Sequence record: NC_061445.1
Length of the DNA stretch: 64,000 nucleotides
Reading direction: 5' to 3' (one strand)
Of the stretch, positions 45,881-54,376 are shown in pieces; the first letter of the stretch is position 1, and each line of letters starts with the position of its first letter. The notes beneath the pieces are model-generated. The model saw only the letters and a list, made by a program, of their open reading frames with translations. It did no database searches and had not been told where the DNA came from. Both the position numbers and the translations under genes were made by a program.

Positions 45881-46756
45881 TTAAACGGTTAACTTTTTAT
45901 ACTTAAAGCTGATCTTAGGTTGAGTGCCCGGATCAGCAGAGACAGGAACAAAATCATCACTAGACAGACTGATAAATGCCTTTAGTGCAGCGTGATAGCA
46001 AAATGCCTTGTCGAGAATAACTGATTCGTCTGCGAGATCTGCCTGACGTTGATACATGCGAGCATCAGTAGTCGATGCAGCGGAGAGCGCAGGCGTACCG
46101 TAACCGCTGTTAGCCACAACACCAGCACTGACAGCAGCTTGCAGCAGTTTAAACTCGGTAGATATTGAGGCACTTGTAGGTATCGCTATGGTTTTATCAC
46201 AGGCCGAAACGTTCGTGGTAATCGAAGCAGTGTATGTAAACTGATTACCCTGATCGTGAACATAACGAAAACCTATATTGACTGTACCAGACTGACCGTA
46301 AGGACAGTTAGTACCTGCAAGCTGCACAGGAGGAAGGACAATTGTCGGGTCAGTCAAGTCTGCCATGCTCTTAACGCCGTACGTCAGGAACAGGGTTGTG
46401 TTGATACCGACACCCATACCATAACTTTGTTCTTCGGCGAATGTAGTTAGGCCCGAGATAGTCCCAGCACCTGAGTATGACACGATATCAGTCGTTGCTT
46501 CGATGAGAGCAGATCTAAGTCGTGTGTACTTTAGAGGGCAGAAGTAATAGCGCCCAGCTTTGCGCCCACGAACAGTATTACAAAAGCCATTAAAGCCTAA
46601 AACGCTACGAGCACGTTTCGCCAAGAGGTTGGCATCTGTAAGGTTGGTTGCAGATACGGTTGGTTCTTCTCGACTGTCAAACAAGAATACATTTGGGTGA
46701 GCATCAGTCGGTCCTGATAGTCCAGAAAAAGATGATATATACTGCATGGTTTCCAC
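45881..46756 (-). CDS. Hypothetical protein (291 aa), possibly structural
   Basis: GAGG RBS; ATAATTT variant upstream. Confidence 0.65.
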   Translation of the reverse strand: METMQYISSFSGLSGPTDAHPNVFLFDSREEPTVSATNLTDANLLAKRARSVLGFNGFCNTVRGRKAGRYYFCPLKYTRLRSALIEATTDIVSYSGAGTISGLTTFAEEQSYGMGVGINTTLFLTYGVKSMADLTDPTIVLPPVQLAGTNCPYGQSGTVNIGFRYVHDQGNQFTYTASITTNVSACDKTIAIPTSASISTEFKLLQAAVSAGVVANSGYGTPALSAASTTDARMYQRQADLADESVILDKAFCYHAALKAFISLSSDDFVPVSADPGTQPKISFKYKKLTV

Positions 46757-46795
46757 CTCAGAATATTGAGTAAAGGTGCTACGTACTTGACATAA

Positions 46796-46802
46796 AAATT
46801 AT
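46796..46802 (-). promoter_or_regulatory. Class-L motif variant ATAATTT
   Basis: Intergenic, 40 nt upstream of 46756, downstream of a terminator. Confidence 0.45.
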
Positions 46803-46815
46803 CTGTAGGAACGAC

Positions 46816-46835
46816 AAAAGGGGCCGAAGCCCCTT
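46816..46835 (-). terminator. Rho-independent terminator
   Basis: AAGGGGC-TTCG-GCCCC-TTTT overlapping the 46834 stop. Confidence 0.8.
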
Positions 46836-47151
46836 AGAATGTCCAACGTGTCAACCAAACGATCACTACAGGCCAGATGCCTATATGAGCCAAATAAGCA
46901 AAGCGCATCAGCTTACCTTTGATGTACTTACCGATAACGATCTCATTCAATGCTCCGTACACGCCAGCAAAAGCAGAGAACAACAGAACGAGAAATGCAA
47001 TCTGGTCTGTACTCATTTCAAAGATGCGATAGCCTGCTACGACGAATACCACACAGGAGAAACCGAGAGTCCCGTAGATAGACGATGAGGAAGCGTTCGG
47101 CTTGAACACGATATCGTACAGGCCAAAGCTCAACAGAATCGACAGCAGCAT
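46834..47151 (-). CDS. Small membrane protein (105 aa, 3-4 predicted TM helices)
   Basis: Four hydrophobic stretches; TAATG coupling supports start 47151. Confidence 0.65.
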   Translation of the reverse strand: MLLSILLSFGLYDIVFKPNASSSSIYGTLGFSCVVFVVAGYRIFEMSTDQIAFLVLLFSAFAGVYGALNEIVIGKYIKGKLMRFAYLAHIGIWPVVIVWLTRWTF

Positions 47152-47468
47152 TAACGCTTGGTAATCGGCTGACATGCGCACTCCACATCTTCTACACTGA
47201 TAGGTTTCTTGCGGCGCATATCAAGTGCGAGTTGTGCCTTACGTCCGATACGTGCCATAGACTCAAGGTCTTCGTCAGAGTAACCGCTCATGCTTTCTGT
47301 GACGATAGCCATCTTTGTCATCTGGCTAGGAGTCAGATCGTACTGGTCGATGCCGTCAACAAGACCAACACCGAACCCTGCAATCTTGTTCCAGACGTCA
47401 GGCACGTTGTCATCGACTTTAACCATCAACGTTCCGTGACGCGCTACATCGTGAATATTACGAGTCAT
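47151..47468 (-). CDS. Hypothetical protein (start corrected to MTRNIH, 105 aa)
   Basis: GGGAG RBS before ATG 47468. Confidence 0.65.
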   Translation of the reverse strand: MTRNIHDVARHGTLMVKVDDNVPDVWNKIAGFGVGLVDGIDQYDLTPSQMTKMAIVTESMSGYSDEDLESMARIGRKAQLALDMRRKKPISVEDVECACQPITKR

Positions 47469-47469
47469 A

Positions 47470-48189
47470 CTAAACTCCCTGATTGGCGAGATAAGTATCG
47501 GTGATGTTCGAGGTCTTCTCAACGTTACCGCGAATATAACCAATTTCGAATACCTGAACGTTGTGTTTGACAACAGCTTCACCCACTGTCTCACACGTAC
47601 CGTTATTCAGATCAATAAACGCCTGACACAAACGGTCTGCGACAGGCTTGGCTAAGATCTTCATCAGCGTATGCTTCTGCACTGCGGACAGTTTGATTGG
47701 CAGTGCGTCAATCTCACGCTCGATGTTCTTCTTACCGCCATCATAAATCCAACGACAGATGGTTGCAGTCAAAGGCTTCTGGTGAGTCTTCGACGGCAAC
47801 GTATAGATGTAGGTCATCAGTCGGTAGAACAGGCTGCCGTCAATCGCACGACGTTTGAGATCGTCCAGATACTTGCCAACAGGTTGCAGCTTGGCTTTCT
47901 GTGGAACCATCTCGTCGAGTTTGAGATCAACGTCGAGGCCGTAGCGCTTCAACGTTTCACTGTGACCAAACACGTAGACGATATGATCAGGCATGTCACG
48001 AATCGCAACAGCGTTACGCGAATACTCACGCGAGCCAACAACGAAAATGTACTTACGATATTTCTTCGAAGGATCAAGCGTACCACCAGCAGGAACAAAC
48101 GTCACGCGGTCAGCATGTCCTTTCTTTTTAAGCCAGCCCATGACTTGCTCTGGGCTTTGGCGTGTTACAGCGATTACAGGCATTGTCAC
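47470..48189 (-). CDS. Hypothetical protein (239 aa)
   Basis: Operon packing downstream of sbcC. Confidence 0.7.
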   Translation of the reverse strand: MTMPVIAVTRQSPEQVMGWLKKKGHADRVTFVPAGGTLDPSKKYRKYIFVVGSREYSRNAVAIRDMPDHIVYVFGHSETLKRYGLDVDLKLDEMVPQKAKLQPVGKYLDDLKRRAIDGSLFYRLMTYIYTLPSKTHQKPLTATICRWIYDGGKKNIEREIDALPIKLSAVQKHTLMKILAKPVADRLCQAFIDLNNGTCETVGEAVVKHNVQVFEIGYIRGNVEKTSNITDTYLANQGV

Positions 48190-48509
48190 TCCACCGTATC
48201 GAGAAGTTGTGATGTGAACTCACGCAGGCGCGCTTCGAGAAACTTACCAGTCTCTGGATGACAGATGAGCTGGTCGTTTTTCAGATAGACACGATTCGAC
48301 GGTCTAAGCACTTTGCGCTTTTTAGGATTCATGCGCAGCGCTTGATGCACCGGTGTTGCGTAGAAGTCTTCTTCGACTTCATCCATGCAGTTCACATTGA
48401 ACACCACTTCGTACTTCGCAAACAAATGCAGGTTACGCGTGATAGTGCCCATGTCTATTGGTACGCTGTGCTTCTCATGATCGCGATTAAGCTGTCCGAA
48501 GATCATCAC
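48186..48509 (-). CDS. Hypothetical protein (107 aa)
   Basis: Overlaps sbcC stop; AAGG RBS. Confidence 0.65.
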   Translation of the reverse strand: MMIFGQLNRDHEKHSVPIDMGTITRNLHLFAKYEVVFNVNCMDEVEEDFYATPVHQALRMNPKKRKVLRPSNRVYLKNDQLICHPETGKFLEARLREFTSQLLDTVE

Positions 48510-50836
48510 ATCACCTTACGTGTTAATACGGACGTGCCGTTCTTCTTGGTCACTGTCCATTGATTATCTGAGAAGTGCTCGACACCGTTAGGCGTTATCC
48601 AGTAAACGTTCGGGATAATCTGCTTGAGTATCGGCAGGAAGTTATTGACGATGTGCTCACTTACTGCTGGGCTGCAACTGTTATCAGGTTCGTCCAGAAC
48701 GATGAAGTTAGTACGACGACCAGCTGGTATGAACGGCATGATCGCAACAGCAAACAACAGGCGGAAGCAGTTAGTCTCTGCGCCACTCATGATTGCAATG
48801 TCTGTGGTCTTCTTAGAAGTCACACGCGTAACAGTCGCACCAACACCCTGCTTGGTAGTAAACAGTTGGAAGCGCATAGGCTCAGGGAACACAAGGCCGC
48901 TGTACTCATTCAGCTTCGCTTCAATCTGCTGCAATCGACCTTCAACTGCTTTCAGCTTGAGTGCGTTGTTGCTGTATGCTTTGTACAGGACTTCGAATAC
49001 CTTACGCTTATCGATCATCGGCTGGAGCTTGGCCAACTTGGTACGCAGTTCACGCAGCGTTTCCTCGTAGTGCTCATGCTCCTGAATACGCATCTGAATG
49101 CCCTGAGCTTTGCGGTCTTTCTTCTCGATATCCGTGATGAGTTTGTTGAGTTCCTTCTCAATCTTTTTGTATCGACCATCGAGAACGTAGAACGGGTCTT
49201 CAGGTTCGCCTACAGCTTTCAGTGCAGAAGTCAGGTCTTTCAGAATCTCAAGATCCTTGATACGGTTCTTGATCGTCTTACGCGCTTTCTTCGGCTGCTT
49301 AACCGCTTTAGGTTTCTTGAGAGCGTCACGCTTCGCCACCAGCTTCTCGTACTTCTTAGCGGCCTCGAATTGTTCTTCCATCGTATCGAGTTTCTTCCCG
49401 ATAGACTTCAACTGCTTCTCAAGTTCTTTGCGGTCATGCTTAGGCTTCTTCACCTTGTTGTCTTTCAACGCGGTGAGTTCTGCATTCAGCTTGTGGTAGT
49501 CAATCGCTTCGATACACTCATCAATGATTGCCTGAGCTTTCGTTGCAGCGCGTGACATAGCTTTCAGGTCAACGTCTTGTCCGCAGGTAGGGCAAGAGTT
49601 ACCGTCATGGTCGTGCTCCTCAAACGCACGATACGCCTGAACTATCGCTTTGGATTCTGCTCGGGCATCTTGTGCCTCTTCCTGAGTTCGTTTAGGAGCT
49701 TTGAGCTTAGACAGCTTTTTACTGAGCTTGTCAACTGCTTCTCGCCAGTCGTCGTATTCTTCTTGTTGCTCATCAACTTTCTCCAACAGCTCCTGCAGGC
49801 TTTCTTCTTCCTTGACCAAAGCGCTGTGCTTCTTACGCAGCTTTTTGTTGTCGAGGTCAGCAACATCGCCGAGAGCTTTGATTTTCTTTTTGACCGATGC
49901 GAGTTCTGCTTCGTATTCTTCGAGGTCAGACACGTACTCATCGTAACGGTCAAACTCCACCAGCATACCACGAAGGTTATTCAGTTCACCTTTCGGATCG
50001 TCAGACTCAATGCCGAGCGTATCGAGCTGGTGCTTGAGCTTTTCGTACTTACGCGCAGACGAACGAGCAGAGCCGAGATCAATCAACTCTTCACCTAAAC
50101 GGTTACGGCGTTTCTTCAACTTGTCCGACTGTTCGATGATGGCTGCAAGCGTATTCTTTTCCTGAGCGTGAATGTCCAGCGCGTTCTGTTTACGCTGCGT
50201 CACGTCAAGCATATCAGCCAAGCCTTTAGATTCTGTCTCTGCTTCTTTCGCAAGGTCCAGTTTCTTTTTCAGCGCGATACGGATGTTATCGAACACATCA
50301 AGGCCGAATAGGTTTGTCAGATACTTGAGTCGATCAGCAGGTGACGAACGCTGGAACGGATGTTCAATCTGCGACTGAATGTAGCAGTAGCTATAGAACT
50401 CCTCACGCGTTAATGGCCAGTGCTTAGTCACCCAAGAACGTGCAACGTCCTGACGATCTACTTTCTGGTCTTCACCGTTGTAGTAAACTTTGTACTTGGT
50501 CTTCGTCTGCACGATGCGAACGATGCCACCAAGAGGTGAGTGCCACGACAGGTCAATCGAGCTATCCTTGCCGAGCATGTTACCCTTGTCTTTCTTTTTC
50601 AGAGCAAGCGGGTCTGCTTCATACAGCAATGTTGGGATAGCACCGAACAGGAGGCTTTTGCCTACACCATTCGTGTTGTCTTTGACGTTTGGACTATCGA
50701 GGTTCTTACCACAAATAGTTGCGAAGCCTTCACTGTCCAGTGTGTCGATATCAAGCTCTTTGTACACGCCAACATCGCGGAGATGAATCTCTTTCAGGCC
50801 GATGCCGTGGTTATGTTTCTGCTTCGCTTTGCCCAT
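48506..50836 (-). CDS. sbcC: SbcC/Rad50 (T4 gp46-like) ABC ATPase (776 aa)
   Basis: Walker A GKN...NGVGKS, long coiled coil with CPTCGQ zinc hook, MSGAE signature, VLDEPD Walker B. Confidence 0.92.
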   Translation of the reverse strand: MGKAKQKHNHGIGLKEIHLRDVGVYKELDIDTLDSEGFATICGKNLDSPNVKDNTNGVGKSLLFGAIPTLLYEADPLALKKKDKGNMLGKDSSIDLSWHSPLGGIVRIVQTKTKYKVYYNGEDQKVDRQDVARSWVTKHWPLTREEFYSYCYIQSQIEHPFQRSSPADRLKYLTNLFGLDVFDNIRIALKKKLDLAKEAETESKGLADMLDVTQRKQNALDIHAQEKNTLAAIIEQSDKLKKRRNRLGEELIDLGSARSSARKYEKLKHQLDTLGIESDDPKGELNNLRGMLVEFDRYDEYVSDLEEYEAELASVKKKIKALGDVADLDNKKLRKKHSALVKEEESLQELLEKVDEQQEEYDDWREAVDKLSKKLSKLKAPKRTQEEAQDARAESKAIVQAYRAFEEHDHDGNSCPTCGQDVDLKAMSRAATKAQAIIDECIEAIDYHKLNAELTALKDNKVKKPKHDRKELEKQLKSIGKKLDTMEEQFEAAKKYEKLVAKRDALKKPKAVKQPKKARKTIKNRIKDLEILKDLTSALKAVGEPEDPFYVLDGRYKKIEKELNKLITDIEKKDRKAQGIQMRIQEHEHYEETLRELRTKLAKLQPMIDKRKVFEVLYKAYSNNALKLKAVEGRLQQIEAKLNEYSGLVFPEPMRFQLFTTKQGVGATVTRVTSKKTTDIAIMSGAETNCFRLLFAVAIMPFIPAGRRTNFIVLDEPDNSCSPAVSEHIVNNFLPILKQIIPNVYWITPNGVEHFSDNQWTVTKKNGTSVLTRKVM

Positions 50837-51024
50837 TAGATGTACTCGCAGGTCTGTTCTTGAATCAGGCCTTTACCGTGAGTCTGTTCGAACACTTCGA
50901 TCTCATCATCGGTATAAGGCTCACCTGCTTCTGCGATAACGTCATACGAAATTGATTCGTCACGCGTATCTGACACAACAGGTTTGATGAGTCGCCACAG
51001 AGGTAATGCAGTTTTAGTAGTCAT
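50836..51024 (-). CDS. Hypothetical protein (62 aa)
   Basis: TAATG coupling on both sides. Confidence 0.6.
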   Translation of the reverse strand: MTTKTALPLWRLIKPVVSDTRDESISYDVIAEAGEPYTDDEIEVFEQTHGKGLIQEQTCEYI

Positions 51025-51233
51025 TAGTGAAATACCTTCTGGCGTTCAACCCAAAGATCAGCAGCACGATACACCTTACGCAGTTCTTCCAGCTTTGCTT
51101 CTGGAACAGGTGTTGGTGAAGAGAAGATGCACTGCGGTGTCTTCTCCTCTTTGCCTGTTACTGGATTGATATCGGTATCGTGACGCATTACGTTCCAGCA
51201 CCCGTTAGTGCGGATATTGATAGTCTGTTCCAC
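51024..51233 (-). CDS. Hypothetical protein (69 aa)
   Basis: GTG start, AGGT RBS; class-M motif upstream. Confidence 0.6.
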   Translation of the reverse strand: MEQTINIRTNGCWNVMRHDTDINPVTGKEEKTPQCIFSSPTPVPEAKLEELRKVYRAADLWVERQKVFH

Positions 51234-51269
51234 TGCAATGTACCTATATTTGGTCTAAATGATATATGC

Positions 51270-51278
51270 TATTTACAG
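51270..51278 (-). promoter_or_regulatory. Class-M motif CTGTAAATA
   Basis: Intergenic; heads the operon containing sbcC. Confidence 0.7.
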
Positions 51279-51296
51279 TTTTAAGGTGTATAGACG

Positions 51297-51328
51297 AAAA
51301 GAAGGGCCACCCTTAGGCAGCCCCTTCG
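51297..51328 (-). terminator. Rho-independent terminator
   Basis: GGGGCTGCC-TAAG-GGTGGCCC-TTCTTTT overlapping the 51313 stop. Confidence 0.65.
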
Positions 51329-51831
51329 TACACTTTGCGTTTGCCACCGTCCATGTAGTGGTCTGCATAGAACGGACCGCTAACACCTTTGAGGCCTAGT
51401 TTATTTTTAAGGGTATTCTTACGCGCGAACACATACTTCAAATGCTCGTTGCGTTTTCTTCTGCGCTCTGGCGACCAACCCTTCATCTCGTTTTCAATCT
51501 TACGCACTGAGGCATCGAGAGAAACGAGGTTCTGATAATCGTTGGTTGCTTTGCTGCACGATGAGAATACCTTACGCACACCGTTGTCGAGATAGTGGTC
51601 TTCGTAGAAAGGACCGCTAACATCGTCTAAGCCTATTCGACGTCTAAGCTGACGGTGCAGACGCTTCGGCCACACCAGCTCGTCATCAATCAGGTAGATT
51701 ACTGCGGGCATTGCTTCGCGCTGATCGTTAAGCAGAGAATTGATCTTCGCGTCGATGCGACACAACTCTTTGTAGTCGTCATGAGGCGAAGGACATTGCG
51801 CTTTGGATAAATCGACAGTGAGTTCCATCAA
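51313..51831 (-). CDS. Hypothetical protein (172 aa) with internal duplication; N-terminus MELTVDLSK
   Basis: GLDDVSGPFYEDHYLDNGVRKVF / GLKGVSGPFYADHYMDGGKRKVY repeat. Confidence 0.7.
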   Translation of the reverse strand: MMELTVDLSKAQCPSPHDDYKELCRIDAKINSLLNDQREAMPAVIYLIDDELVWPKRLHRQLRRRIGLDDVSGPFYEDHYLDNGVRKVFSSCSKATNDYQNLVSLDASVRKIENEMKGWSPERRRKRNEHLKYVFARKNTLKNKLGLKGVSGPFYADHYMDGGKRKVYEGAA

Positions 51832-52274
51832 TACCTCCGAGGCTTTTTAGGCTTCTTGATAGCTGACTTAGGTCGCTTGATACGTTGCAGTGCCTTACGC
51901 GCTTCGACAATCTGCTTGGCGACAGTAGCACGACGCTCTTTGATTTGCGCAGTGTCCTGTTCAGTACCTTTCAGTTTATCAAGACGGTTCCACTCTTTGA
52001 CCAAGCGATCAACTACAGCAGCACGGGAAACGCGTTGCTGATTGACACGCACAATGTCCTGCTGGGTCTTAACTGAGTTGCGCGTAGCATTGACTTCATC
52101 ACGCGCTGACGTTACGCCTTTGGTATCGCCCTCAGATTGCTTGTCGTTGAGTTTCTTACGAGCAACAGCAGCACGGCGTTGTGCTCCCTTGAGATCGTCT
52201 TTCGAGTTCTCTAAGGAAACTTTTGTGTCTTCAAGTGGGCTGGTGCGCACACTCAAACTAACTTGAATTTCCAT
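51828..52274 (-). CDS. Basic coiled-coil protein (start corrected to MEIQVSLS, 148 aa)
   Basis: GGAG RBS; the extension in the ORF track runs through a terminator. Confidence 0.7.
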   Translation of the reverse strand: MEIQVSLSVRTSPLEDTKVSLENSKDDLKGAQRRAAVARKKLNDKQSEGDTKGVTSARDEVNATRNSVKTQQDIVRVNQQRVSRAAVVDRLVKEWNRLDKLKGTEQDTAQIKERRATVAKQIVEARKALQRIKRPKSAIKKPKKPRRY

Positions 52275-52290
52275 GACGGCTCCAGAAATG

Positions 52291-52317
52291 AAAAAGGGCA
52301 GCCGAAGCCACCCTTTT
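52291..52317 (-). terminator. Repeated-family terminator GGGTGGC-TTCG-GCTGCCC-TTTTT
   Basis: Identical core to the 23129 copy; lies only 17 nt upstream of the next ATG. Confidence 0.75.
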
Positions 52318-52404
52318 GTAGATGGCGCGCTATGCACCCGACTGTTAAGTCTACTACGATTATTTTACCTCGCAGTAGTGGGCGAGGAGATTAGGATCAC
52401 CTCC

Positions 52405-52941
52405 TCATGCTGATTGAAGATCGAGAAGTTCCTCGTCTTCGATATCAGCGGCAGACCACGAACGAAGCACGGAAGCATTGCCGCGATTGCCTGTCAACAT
52501 CATTTTGATTGACGGCTTAGCATCGCGCTCTGCATAGTGATCGATAAGAGCTTTCTCTGTACCGAACCACAGAATGGAGTGACCACCTTTAGGGCAGATT
52601 AAGAACTGCGCCGGACGCTGAGGTACGTTCAACGTCATGTAGAAATCGCCAGCACCTGTAGGGCCCATCATAGGCATAGGCTTCATGACAGCCATGAAGT
52701 CGTTAGCATCTTTCAGACGCTTATCGCCGAGCAACCACAGTGCGCCTTCTTCACCTTCACGCACGGCAGACAATGTGCCTTTACGAGTAGTGATAGATCC
52801 GAATGTGTCTTGATCGAAGCGGGCCAGACCAAAGATAAGTGATGCAAGTTTCTTCAGGTCAGGGGTCGTGCATGGGCTGTCAATTTTCGCCATGCCCTCA
52901 GACCCAAGTGTAATCTTCGAGAGTGAAACAAAGATTTCCAT
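52405..52941 (-). CDS. Hypothetical protein (178 aa) with N-terminal MEIFVSLS
   Basis: Shared N-terminal peptide; ACGCTAATTTT upstream. Confidence 0.7.
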   Translation of the reverse strand: MEIFVSLSKITLGSEGMAKIDSPCTTPDLKKLASLIFGLARFDQDTFGSITTRKGTLSAVREGEEGALWLLGDKRLKDANDFMAVMKPMPMMGPTGAGDFYMTLNVPQRPAQFLICPKGGHSILWFGTEKALIDHYAERDAKPSIKMMLTGNRGNASVLRSWSAADIEDEELLDLQSA

Positions 52942-52977
52942 TGTTTGTCTTCCAGCGCTATTGTGAATTGTAGTCTA

Positions 52978-52984
52978 AAATTAG
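52978..52984 (-). promoter_or_regulatory. Class-L motif (ACG)CTAATTT(T)
   Basis: Intergenic, 37 nt upstream of 52941. Confidence 0.6.
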
Positions 52985-53008
52985 CGTCCCATCAGACATT
53001 TCTGAAAT

Positions 53009-53040
53009 AAAAATGGGCAGCTAAATAGCCACCCATTTTT
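53009..53040 (-). terminator. Repeated-family terminator with altered loop: ATGGGTGGC-TATTTA-GCTGCCCAT-TTTT
   Basis: Same stem as the UUCG family; follows the dnaX stop. Confidence 0.8.
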
Positions 53041-53047
53041 CACTTAT

Positions 53048-54322
53048 TTACTTTTTCTTCTTTTTCTTTTTAGGCTTTTCGTCTTCATCGTCGTTGCCTA
53101 AATCAACCACCAGCTTGCCGCTATAGATATCAGACATGGTTCTGGTGATGCAGGTTTCGAGCATGATATCTGCCGGTACAGAAGTTGAGTTGAATGCAAC
53201 CTCTGCGTCGGCTAATGCTGATTGCAGATACACCAGACTGACCAGATTGACTTTGATGTTGTCTTTCTTGGTCATGTTCATGAACATCTTGAGGCCAGCA
53301 GACTGCCACTTGTTCGTCTCGGCGTAATGCCCCAGCACACCGTGAATAATCCAACGAGCTTTCGCTACGATGCCGCGCGGGTTGTTTGCTTCACGCAGGA
53401 ACTGAATCACACCAATCAGGTCCATCGAGAGATAAGCACCAATCGTCTGAACCGCTTTCGCTTCCATGTCGATTTCTGGATCAGCAGCAGCGAGTTCGGC
53501 AACGAGGTTCTTATCGAAGTCTTCGCCACCTTTAACAGACGAGTAGATGTTTTGCAGCATGGTGATTGCACCACGCATCTGACCACCAGCATACTCTGCA
53601 ACCTGATGCAGTGCCGCTTCTGCTTTATCACGAGCCTTGTCTTTCTTCGGCAGGATATCCAGCTTGCCGCTAATCTCTACCAGACGTTTGTGAATCACGT
53701 CAGTAGGAATAGGTCTGATTGGCAATTGGGTCATGCGACTGATCATGGTGTTCTTCATCTTCTCAGGGTTCGTCGTTACGAAGATGAAGACAACGTGCGC
53801 TGGTGGCTGTTCGGTAATCTTGAGTAGCTTAGATTCAGCAGCACTGGACATGAGGTGCGATTCATCGAAGATGAAGATGCGGCGTTTGAACATCGGGCTT
53901 AACGGTGCACTGTCCACGATCTTCTGTGAGCCGTCAACTTTACCTGCATCGCCACCCATGTCAAACTCTTGCACGTCCATGTGTGAACCCAAGTCCATCA
54001 GTTCACACGAACGACATTTACCACACGCGTTGAACGTGTCGCAGTTGATGTACTTCGCCACCAGACGTGCGAACGTTGTTTTACCGCTGCCGAGGTGGCC
54101 GGTGATAATCATCGTTGACGGAATCGTCTTCGACTTCTGCCAGCCTTTCATGATCTTGACGATGTGGTCTTGGCCAACATAGTCTTCGATACGCTTCGGT
54201 CGGAACTGGTCTGCGAAGTTAACTGTGGTTAGCTCTACAGACTCGGAAGAACCGCTTTTCTTCTTCGACGGTTTCCCATCGTCAAAGCTACGCTTCTTCT
54301 TTTTCTTTTCTTCTTTAGCCAT
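53048..54322 (-). CDS. dnaX: Clamp-loader subunit, DnaX (gamma/tau)-like AAA+ ATPase (424 aa)
   Basis: FRPKRIEDYVGQDHIV, GHLGSGKTTFARL, C....CGKCRSC zinc module, IFDESHLM, ISRM (SRC-like), GQMRGAI. Confidence 0.88.
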   Translation of the reverse strand: MAKEEKKKKKRSFDDGKPSKKKSGSSESVELTTVNFADQFRPKRIEDYVGQDHIVKIMKGWQKSKTIPSTMIITGHLGSGKTTFARLVAKYINCDTFNACGKCRSCELMDLGSHMDVQEFDMGGDAGKVDGSQKIVDSAPLSPMFKRRIFIFDESHLMSSAAESKLLKITEQPPAHVVFIFVTTNPEKMKNTMISRMTQLPIRPIPTDVIHKRLVEISGKLDILPKKDKARDKAEAALHQVAEYAGGQMRGAITMLQNIYSSVKGGEDFDKNLVAELAAADPEIDMEAKAVQTIGAYLSMDLIGVIQFLREANNPRGIVAKARWIIHGVLGHYAETNKWQSAGLKMFMNMTKKDNIKVNLVSLVYLQSALADAEVAFNSTSVPADIMLETCITRTMSDIYSGKLVVDLGNDDEDEKPKKKKKKK

Positions 54323-54358
54323 TGTACTTTGCCCTTTAGTCTAATGCGTTACATCAGG

Positions 54359-54367
54359 TATTTACAG
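54359..54367 (-). promoter_or_regulatory. Class-M motif CTGTAAATA
   Basis: Intergenic, 37 nt upstream of dnaX. Confidence 0.7.
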
Positions 54368-54376
54368 ATTTTAGAC

